Positions 9,846 through 16,583 of a stretch of DNA of 32,000 bases are shown one piece after another. A program made the position numbers and the translations under genes. Every line of letters begins with the position of its first letter. The stretch's first letter is position 1. The stretch is from Candidatus Omnitrophota bacterium (lineage in GTDB: Bacteria; Omnitrophota; Gorgyraeia; Zapsychrales; JANLHA01): positions 3,090,001 to 3,122,000 of the forward strand of contig OY759724.1 of assembly GCA_963662715.1 (NCBI GenBank), written 5' to 3'. The notes under the pieces are model-generated. The model saw only the letters and a program-made list of their open reading frames with translations. It searched no databases and was not told the DNA's origin.

Positions 9846-10673
9846 ATGTCAAAGAAGAAAATTCATTTCGTCAAAATGGCCGGGGCCGGCAATGACTTTC
9901 TGGTCCTTGAAGATGCCGCTGGTCTACAGTTTAAGAAACTGGCGCGAATTATGTGCCACCGCACCAATGGCGTGGGCGCGGACGGGTTGTTAATCTTAGC
10001 CAAATCCAAAAAAGCCGATTACCGCATGAGAATCATTAATGCCGACGGGTCCGAAGCAGAGATGTGCGGGAACGGAGCGCGTTGTTTGGCGGCTTATATT
10101 GCCCGGAATAAGAAGGGGACGGCGAAAAATTTTTCTGTCGAAACAAAAGCCGGAAACATTATCGCCCAGGCACGAGGAGAGGTGGCCGAAATCCGACTCA
10201 GCGATCCCCGGGGCTACCGGCCGGATATTCCTTTAAAAATACTCAGGAAACCTCTCTCGGTTCATTATATTGACACAGGAGTTCCTCATACTATCATATA
10301 TGTTGACAATCTGAAAAATATTAACGTCAGGGAGATCGCTCCTTATGTGCGTTATCATAAAAAATTTTTCCCCCGCGGCACCAATGTCAATTTCGTTGAG
10401 CAGATCAACACCAGGCTCATTGACGCCAGGACATACGAACGGGGCGTGGAAGCGGAAACCAAAGCGTGCGGGACAGGCAGCGTCGCGGCAGCCCTGGTGA
10501 CGTTCCTGAAATCTCACCCGGAGAAAACAGAATATCCCGGGGCCCGCATGAATGTCAGGACTCAAAGCGGAGAAGTGCTTCATATCACATTCGATATAAT
10601 AAAAGGGAAGCCCCAAAACGTCCGGCTGAAAGGCAGCGCCTGTTTTATTGCGGAAGGGTATTTCTTCCTTTAA
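9846..10673 (+). CDS. dapF: Diaminopimelate epimerase
   Basis: 275 aa. Both catalytic-Cys motifs are present: NADGSEAEMCGNGARC and ACGTGSVAAA. Confidence 0.93.
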   Translation: MSKKKIHFVKMAGAGNDFLVLEDAAGLQFKKLARIMCHRTNGVGADGLLILAKSKKADYRMRIINADGSEAEMCGNGARCLAAYIARNKKGTAKNFSVETKAGNIIAQARGEVAEIRLSDPRGYRPDIPLKILRKPLSVHYIDTGVPHTIIYVDNLKNINVREIAPYVRYHKKFFPRGTNVNFVEQINTRLIDARTYERGVEAETKACGTGSVAAALVTFLKSHPEKTEYPGARMNVRTQSGEVLHITFDIIKGKPQNVRLKGSACFIAEGYFFL

Positions 10674-10726
10674 GTCAACAGGAAATCAACAAGCCTTAAT
10701 CAATTATTTAAGAGGAGAAAATCAAA

Positions 10727-11605
10727 ATGTTGAGTGGTTCCATAGTGGCTATTGTAACTCCGTTTAAAAACGGGAACGTGGATGAACAAAAACTGGCAGA
10801 CCTGGTCAATTTCCAGATAGATAATGGGACAAACGGAATCCTCCCGTGCGGGACAACCGGCGAATCCCCGACATTATCTCATCAAGAACATAACCGTGTT
10901 ATCGAAATCTGCATTGAAGCAGCCAAGGGACGGGTTCCGGTTATGGCCGGGACAGGTTCAAATTCAACAGCCGAAGCTGTGGCGTTGACCAAACATGCGG
11001 CCGAAGCAGGGGCAAACGCAGCCTTGGTTGTGAGTCCCTATTACAATAAACCGACCCAAAAGGGTCTCTACTCTCATTTTAAGGCTATTGCTGATGCTGT
11101 GGATATCCCGATTATCCTTTATAACATCCCGGGAAGAACAGCCTGCAATATTGAGCCTGGCACAATGGCAGAATTAGCGAAGGATTGCAGAAATATTGTC
11201 GGGGTCAAGGAAGCTTCCGGCTCTCTGGCTCAAATGCAGAATATCAAAAGACTATGTCCCAAGGATTTTATTCTGCTTTCCGGGGACGATGCCTTATTAT
11301 TGCCCATACTCAGTATCGGAGGGCAAGGCGTTATTTCCGTGGCCGCGAATATCGTTCCCGAGGACGTCACCCGCATTATAACAGCTTATGCACAGGGGCA
11401 GACAAGCAAAGCTCAGGAATATCATTATCATTTACTGCCGTTGGTACAGTCTTTATTTTTAGAAACAAACCCTATTCCGATCAAAACGGCCATGGGATTG
11501 ATGGGATTATGCTCTGAAGAAGTCCGATTGCCGCTCTGTCCGATGTCTGACGCCAATCAGGAAAAACTGAAGAAAGCGCTCAGAGATTACAAATTAATCA
11601 AATAA
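10727..11605 (+). CDS. dapA: 4-hydroxy-tetrahydrodipicolinate synthase
   Basis: 292 aa. It has GTTGESPTLS, the Schiff-base lysine context VGVKEASG, and the YNIPGRT motif. Confidence 0.95.
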   Translation: MLSGSIVAIVTPFKNGNVDEQKLADLVNFQIDNGTNGILPCGTTGESPTLSHQEHNRVIEICIEAAKGRVPVMAGTGSNSTAEAVALTKHAAEAGANAALVVSPYYNKPTQKGLYSHFKAIADAVDIPIILYNIPGRTACNIEPGTMAELAKDCRNIVGVKEASGSLAQMQNIKRLCPKDFILLSGDDALLLPILSIGGQGVISVAANIVPEDVTRIITAYAQGQTSKAQEYHYHLLPLVQSLFLETNPIPIKTAMGLMGLCSEEVRLPLCPMSDANQEKLKKALRDYKLIK

Positions 11606-11623
11606 TCATTAAAATATAAAGGA

Positions 11624-12349
11624 ATGATTATGATACCTATATCTATCAACGGATGTCAGGGACGCATGGGACAACGCATCACGCAACTGGCCTTGAAAGA
11701 TAAGGAATTCCAAATTACCGCCCTTTTAGAGCATCCTGACCACCCTCTTATCAACAAACTTCACGAAGGCATCCTGATTTCAGCCGATCCGGAAGCGATC
11801 AAGGGAAGCAGAGTTTTTATTGATTTTACTTCTCCCGATTCAACGATAGGACATCTACAGTATTGCCGGGATTTCGGAATCCACTGCGTTATTGGGACAA
11901 CAGGGCTCACCGAACGACATTTTCAATCCATTCAAAAAGCCGCTGATGATATTGCTATCGTCTTTTCTTCAAATATGTCGATCGGGGTGAATATCCTTTT
12001 TAAACTGGCGCAAATTCTTTCGCAAGCGGCTCCCGATGATTATACCGTGAGAATAGAAGAGGCACATCATGTCCATAAAAAAGATGCCCCCTCCGGAACC
12101 GCCAAAACACTGGCCAGCATTATCGAAAGTGCTTCCGAGCATAAGGTTCAAAATACGGATTCTGTCCGTGAAGGCGAGATCATCGGGGACCACAGCGTTA
12201 TTTTTGAATCCCATGAGGACCGGATCGTGATTCAACATCATGCAAAGACCCGGGACATTTTTGCGAAAGGCGCCTTAGTCGCGGCAAAATTCCTGGCAAC
12301 GAAAACTAAGGGATTATTCGATATGCAGGATGTCTTAAATATCCGGTAA
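11624..12349 (+). CDS. dapB: 4-hydroxy-tetrahydrodipicolinate reductase
   Basis: 241 aa. It has the N-terminal GCQGRMGQ motif and the DapB signature EAHHVHKKDAPSGTA. Confidence 0.95.
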   Translation: MIMIPISINGCQGRMGQRITQLALKDKEFQITALLEHPDHPLINKLHEGILISADPEAIKGSRVFIDFTSPDSTIGHLQYCRDFGIHCVIGTTGLTERHFQSIQKAADDIAIVFSSNMSIGVNILFKLAQILSQAAPDDYTVRIEEAHHVHKKDAPSGTAKTLASIIESASEHKVQNTDSVREGEIIGDHSVIFESHEDRIVIQHHAKTRDIFAKGALVAAKFLATKTKGLFDMQDVLNIR

Positions 12350-12424
12350 TCCCCGGAACTCCGGGACAGAATCTTCTCTGAAGATATTCAAATCATAAAA
12401 ATTCATTTTTGTAAAGGAGCCGTA

Positions 12425-13591
12425 ATGACAAACACCATCGAATGGGCAGACCGCCTCAGAGAACTGCCGCCCTATCTTTTCGTTGACATTGATAAGGCCA
12501 AAAGACAGGCCGTGGCCGAAGGACGGGATGTCATCAATCTCGGCATCGGAGATCCTGACTTACCGACATTCCCGCATATTATTGAAAGCATGAAGAAGGC
12601 CCTGGACAATCCTGCCAACCACCATTATGCCCTGGATGCCGGGTTACCGGAATTAAGGCAGGCTATCGCTAAGTGGTTTAAAAACCGTTTCCTGGTGTCT
12701 TTAGATGCCGATACGGAAATTTATCCGTTGATAGGTTCCAAGGAAGGGCTCGCCCATTTTCCCCTGGGCCTGATCAATCCCAATGACAAAGTCTTGCTGA
12801 CCGATCCGGCTTATCCGGCTTATCAGGCAGCTATCCAGTTTGCCGGGGGAAGAATCTCCCGCGTCCCGCTCAAAGAAAGCCATAACTTTCTGCCGGATTT
12901 AAACAAGCTTCCTTCTCTGAAAGGCGTCAAAGCCATGTTCATCAATTATCCGAACAACCCTACGGCCGCGACCGCCAGCAAGGATTTTTACCAAAAACTC
13001 GTCGAATTTGCTCAGGAAAACAATATCATTCTGATCTCAGACATGGCTTATTCGGAAATATATTATGAAGATATTCAACCGCCGAGCATTTTGGAGATTG
13101 AGGGAGCCAAGGATGTGGCTATTGAGTTTCATTCCCTTTCTAAAACTTATAATATGACGGGCTGGCGAATCGGATGGGCCTGTGGGAACCCGAAACTTGT
13201 CGCCGCTTTAGGCAAGGTCAAATCAAACTTTGATTCGGGAATCTTCCAGGCGATTCAAATAGCGGCCATAACAGCGCTTGAAACACCTCCGGAGGAATTA
13301 GGGGATTTGCGCCGGGTCTATGAAGAGCGCCGGGCCTGCCTGATTAACGGACTCCGGAGTATCGGGTGGAAAATCCCCGCCCCGTCCGCGGCTTTTTATA
13401 TTTGGGCCAAAATTCCCAAAGGATTTTCAGATTCTATGGAGACAGCCAAAGCTTTTCTCGATAGAGCAGATATCGTGATCACCCCCGGAGTCGGCTTCGG
13501 GCAGGCCGGGGAGGGATATGTCCGCCTGGCCTTGACTGTCCCCAAAGATCGCTTATCCATTGCCGTGCAAAGAATCGGCAAGATACTATAA
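12425..13591 (+). CDS. dapL: Class I/II PLP aminotransferase, probable LL-diaminopimelate aminotransferase
   Basis: 388 aa. It has the N-terminal LPPYLFVDID...INLGIGDPDLPT pattern and the PLP-lysine motif SLSKTYNMTGWRIGW. It resembles the 'direct' DAP aminotransferase clade. It sits at the end of a dapA-dapB cluster with no dapD/dapC/dapE in view. The function is inferred from motif plus context, not proven. Confidence 0.65.
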   Translation: MTNTIEWADRLRELPPYLFVDIDKAKRQAVAEGRDVINLGIGDPDLPTFPHIIESMKKALDNPANHHYALDAGLPELRQAIAKWFKNRFLVSLDADTEIYPLIGSKEGLAHFPLGLINPNDKVLLTDPAYPAYQAAIQFAGGRISRVPLKESHNFLPDLNKLPSLKGVKAMFINYPNNPTAATASKDFYQKLVEFAQENNIILISDMAYSEIYYEDIQPPSILEIEGAKDVAIEFHSLSKTYNMTGWRIGWACGNPKLVAALGKVKSNFDSGIFQAIQIAAITALETPPEELGDLRRVYEERRACLINGLRSIGWKIPAPSAAFYIWAKIPKGFSDSMETAKAFLDRADIVITPGVGFGQAGEGYVRLALTVPKDRLSIAVQRIGKIL

Positions 13592-13721
13592 ATGCGCCGT
13601 TCTTATAAAATCGCCTGGCTAATCAAAAAAGGATATTTGAAACTCAAGGGGAAAAACGGGTTATGGGACTGATATACATGGGTTTGGCCGTACCGATATC
13701 AAAAATCAACCTATTTTAAAG

Positions 13722-14126
13722 ATGTCTGATGTTTTTCTAGGATTAGGCTCCAATTTAGGAGACCGGCGCGGCAACATTGTTCAGGCTCTGAACAGGCTGA
13801 AACAATGCGGGATTTCTGTCGAACGCGTTTCGACGATTATTGAGACAGCGCCCCAGGGAGGCCCTCCTCAAAGCCCGTATCTTAATGCCGTTATAAAAGG
13901 GCAAACCGACCTCAGGCCGGAACTGCTTTTAAAAACGGTTAAAGATATCGAAAGGGAATTAGGACGAACGCCCTCGGTCCGCAACGGTCCGCGGATCATT
14001 GATATAGATATTTTATTGTATGACGACATCAAAATAAACACAGATGATCTGACGATCCCTCATCCTCGCATGAAAGAGCGTTCCTTTGTTATGATCCCCC
14101 TCAGTGAAATCATGGATACAACATAA
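13722..14126 (+). CDS. folK: 2-amino-4-hydroxy-6-hydroxymethyldihydropteridine diphosphokinase (HPPK)
   Basis: 134 aa. It has the motifs LGLGSNLGDR, RIIDIDILLYDD and IPHPRMKERSFVMIPL, typical of FolK. Confidence 0.9.
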   Translation: MSDVFLGLGSNLGDRRGNIVQALNRLKQCGISVERVSTIIETAPQGGPPQSPYLNAVIKGQTDLRPELLLKTVKDIERELGRTPSVRNGPRIIDIDILLYDDIKINTDDLTIPHPRMKERSFVMIPLSEIMDTT

Positions 14127-14244
14127 TGCAGAAAACCATGATTCCTTGGCACAGACAGATTTGTCAGTGACAAGCAATTTTAACGACCTCTAAATCCATC
14201 GAGGAAAGTTAAAATCCTTTTTATTAAATTCAGAAAAGCCAAGA

Positions 14245-14285
14245 TTTCCTGGCAGAGACATGTCTGATATACTATGATAATGTAA
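14245..14285 (+). promoter_or_regulatory. Candidate promoter/operator region upstream of panC
   Basis: -10-like hexamers tatact (14268-14273) and gataat (14276-14281) lie about 40-50 nt upstream of the panC ATG. A perfect 10-bp palindrome agacatgtct (14256-14265) abuts them. The -35 is poor. Confidence 0.3.
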
Positions 14286-14320
14286 AGTTATCGTTCAAAA
14301 TCGTCCGGAAAAATTCCGAC

Positions 14321-15172
14321 ATGAAAATCATATCGCACCCCAAAACACTTCAAAAAATCATCTCCCAATCCCGCAGGAGGGGCAAGTCGGTTGGGTTTGT
14401 GCCGACCATGGGATATCTTCACGAAGGGCATATATCCCTCATTAAAAAATGCCGTCGAGAAAATGACATTGCTGTCCTGAGTATTTTTATTAATCCCGCA
14501 CAGTTCGGCCCGGGGGAAGATTTTCAGATTTATCCTCGAGACAAAAAAAACGATGTTTTATTGGCAAAAAAAGAAAATATTGATATAATATTTTATCCGT
14601 CGGTGGAAATGATGTATGCGGGTCGCTATTTGACATATATCGAGGTGGAAGACATCACAAAGATTCTTTGCGGCGCCTCCCGTCCAGGCCATTTCCGGGG
14701 AGTGACAACAATCGTCGGGAAATTATTAAATATCGTGCAGCCCCAACGCATGTATTTGGGCCAAAAGGACGCACAACAATGCGTTGTCATAAAACAAATG
14801 GTTAAAGACCTGCATTTTCCTGTTCAGGTGAAAGTCCTCCCGACAGTACGGGAAAGAGACGGCCTGGCCTTGAGTTCACGGAACTGTTATTTAAGTGCAA
14901 CCGAAAGGGAAGAAGCGGCTGTTTTATACAAAACCTTAAAAAGTGCGAGACAAAAAATTCTGGACGGGGAGAAGGATGCCAAAAAGATATGTCGATATAT
15001 GAGAGTAAAAATAGGACGCGAATGTCATGCCAACATCGACTATATTGCCTGTGTCGACGCTGAGACCTTGCAATCCGTATCTTCTATTGAAAAGACTGTT
15101 GTTTTAGCCTTGGCCGTAAAATTCCGGCATGCACGGCTTATTGATAACGTGACGGTTCATTTAAAGCATTAA
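14321..15172 (+). CDS. panC: Pantoate--beta-alanine ligase (pantothenate synthetase)
   Basis: 283 aa. It has the HIGH-type motif PTMGYLHEGH, plus FINPAQFGP and YLGQKDAQQ. Confidence 0.95.
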   Translation: MKIISHPKTLQKIISQSRRRGKSVGFVPTMGYLHEGHISLIKKCRRENDIAVLSIFINPAQFGPGEDFQIYPRDKKNDVLLAKKENIDIIFYPSVEMMYAGRYLTYIEVEDITKILCGASRPGHFRGVTTIVGKLLNIVQPQRMYLGQKDAQQCVVIKQMVKDLHFPVQVKVLPTVRERDGLALSSRNCYLSATEREEAAVLYKTLKSARQKILDGEKDAKKICRYMRVKIGRECHANIDYIACVDAETLQSVSSIEKTVVLALAVKFRHARLIDNVTVHLKH

Positions 15173-15188
15173 TTCTTTCTGAAATTAT

Positions 15189-16037
15189 ATGAGAATGACT
15201 GTTGTGGAAGAAGAAACAACCACGCAACTAAAGAAAATAAGCATTCTGGGATGCGGGGCCATTGGCTCAGGAATAGCCAAAGCCGTTGAACAAGATTTAA
15301 AACACCTTTGTTGCCTGACAGGACTTTACGATATCAACAAGGAAAAAATAACAAGACTGGAAAAATCCTTAAACAGGGATAATCTGGTCCGGGAATCTTT
15401 AGAAGAACTGCTTTTGGACTGCGACATCCTCGTTGAAGCCGTAAACTCATCAGATACTCATTCCCTGATTCGAAGATCCTTAGAAGCAAAAAAAGATGTA
15501 TTAACTATGAGCGTCGGGAAACTTCTCAACGCTAAAGATTTATTTCATTTAGCCCGGGAAAATCGCTGTTCCCTGATTATCCCCTCGGGAGCCATCGCCG
15601 GAATTGATGCGATAAAGTCAGCTTGTCTCGTCCCTGTTGAAAAAATCACCCTCACGACTCGGAAACCCATATCAGGATTCTCAAACAATTCTTATATTAA
15701 AGACAAAGGAATCGATCTCGACGCCATTGAAGGAGAAAGACTTATTTTTGAAGGAAGCGTGGATGATGCCGTTCGATATTTCCCCCGGAACATCAATGTA
15801 GCAGCTACTTTGGCTTTAGCCTCTGAGGCAAAGAACAAAATTACGATTCGGATTATTACATCCCCGGAATACACCATCAATTCCCATGAAATTGATATTA
15901 AGGGTGACTTTGGACATATGATCAGCCGCACGGAAAATGTCATCTCCCCTGATAATCCTAAAACAAGTTATTTAGCCGTTCTCTCAGCCATTCAGACCCT
16001 TAAGGAATTCTGCAGCGGGGTTCGTATTGGAACTTGA
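15189..16037 (+). CDS. nadX: L-aspartate dehydrogenase-like NAD(P) oxidoreductase
   Basis: 282 aa. It has a Rossmann motif ILGCGAIGSGIA and central/C-terminal motifs PSGAIAGIDAIKSA, PRNINVAATLALAS and SPEYTINSHEIDIKGDFG, which resemble the NadX (aspartate dehydrogenase) family. The true start could be the ATG at 15195. Confidence 0.75.
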   Translation: MRMTVVEEETTTQLKKISILGCGAIGSGIAKAVEQDLKHLCCLTGLYDINKEKITRLEKSLNRDNLVRESLEELLLDCDILVEAVNSSDTHSLIRRSLEAKKDVLTMSVGKLLNAKDLFHLARENRCSLIIPSGAIAGIDAIKSACLVPVEKITLTTRKPISGFSNNSYIKDKGIDLDAIEGERLIFEGSVDDAVRYFPRNINVAATLALASEAKNKITIRIITSPEYTINSHEIDIKGDFGHMISRTENVISPDNPKTSYLAVLSAIQTLKEFCSGVRIGT

Positions 16038-16068
16038 TTTAAATATTTTTTAGAAAGGAGGTGAAAAC

Positions 16069-16452
16069 ATGGCCAAGAAGGTAGCTAAAGTTGGAGTCAA
16101 AAAAGAAAAGGGATACCTTTACTTTGTAGACAAAGACGGTGATGTTTCTTGCGCGATTATGGCTCGAGGCAATAAAAAAGGAGGCAAGCCGAAAAAAGTC
16201 GCTAAGGTCGGCATCAAGAAAGAAGTAGGTTACCTGTATTTTATTGATAAGAATGGTGATATCGCATGTGCAAAGATGGTCCGCGGTGGATCAAAGAAGA
16301 AAAAGACGACTAAAAAGGCTTCTGCCAAGAAAGCAGCCAAGAAGAAAGTAGCCAAGAAGAAAGTAGCTAAGAAGAAAGTGGCTAAAAAGAAGAAAAAAGT
16401 GGCATCCTCCAAGAAAAAGAAACCAGCCAAGAAAACCGCGAAAAGGAAATAA
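16069..16452 (+). CDS. Very lysine-rich small protein: duplicated about 32-aa N-terminal module plus histone H1/Hc1-like (AKKKV)n tail; putative nucleoid-associated protein
   Basis: 127 aa, of which 47 are Lys by my count. There is a strong SD (AAAGGAGG) 7 nt upstream and a strong hairpin downstream. Residues 3-34 (KKVAKVGVKKEKGYLYFVDKDGDVSCAIMARG) and 42-73 (KKVAKVGIKKEVGYLYFIDKNGDIACAKMVRG) form an internal duplication. Residues 75-127 are K/A-rich with no signal peptide or TM segment. Confidence 0.8.
   Translation: MAKKVAKVGVKKEKGYLYFVDKDGDVSCAIMARGNKKGGKPKKVAKVGIKKEVGYLYFIDKNGDIACAKMVRGGSKKKKTTKKASAKKAAKKKVAKKKVAKKKVAKKKKKVASSKKKKPAKKTAKRK
16336..16395 (+). repeat. 15-bp in-frame tandem repeat (about 4 units) inside the lysine-rich gene
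   Basis: The units are gccaagaagaaagta (16336-16350), gccaagaagaaagta (16351-16365), gctaagaagaaagtg (16366-16380) and a degenerate gctaaaaagaagaaa (16381-16395). They encode AKKKV repeats. Confidence 0.85.
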
Positions 16453-16465
16453 GTCGTTGAAGCCC

Positions 16466-16510
16466 GAATAGCCCCTGTTACTCATATAACAGGGGCTATT
16501 CTTAGATTGT
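16466..16510 (+). terminator. Strong stem-loop terminator after the lysine-rich gene
   Basis: Perfect 15-bp stem gaatagcccctgtta (16466-16480) / taacaggggctattc (16487-16501) with a 6-nt loop. The trailing sequence cttagattgttctt is only moderately T-rich. Confidence 0.6.
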
Positions 16511-16583
16511 TCTTCCCCTTATTTCTAGTCGATTGTATAATAATTCCAATTATTAATATTAATTCAGGGTCAGATGATTATCG

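Noticed and set aside
14147-14166. TGGCAC at 14147-14152, and a similar CTGGCAG at 14249-14255, looked like sigma54 -24 elements.
   Set aside because: The -12 element (TTGCW, with GC 10 nt after GG at the correct spacing) is absent in both cases. The downstream bases are agatt and atgtc.
16075-16287. The direct DNA repeat within the lysine-rich gene was considered as a possible repeat-array or mobile-element remnant.
   Set aside because: The two copies are in frame, diverged at synonymous positions, and encode a conserved protein module. This is an intragenic domain duplication and not a CRISPR or mobile-element repeat.
16475-16492. SOS-box-like CTGT-N10-ACAG about 100 nt upstream of uvrA. 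A 12-bp AT palindrome, attaatattaat, also lies at 16552-16563.
   Set aside because: The CTGT/ACAG arms are simply part of the 15-bp terminator stem of the upstream gene, and the spacing is N10 rather than the N8 of LexA boxes. The AT palindrome is low-complexity and expected by chance in AT-rich intergenic DNA.
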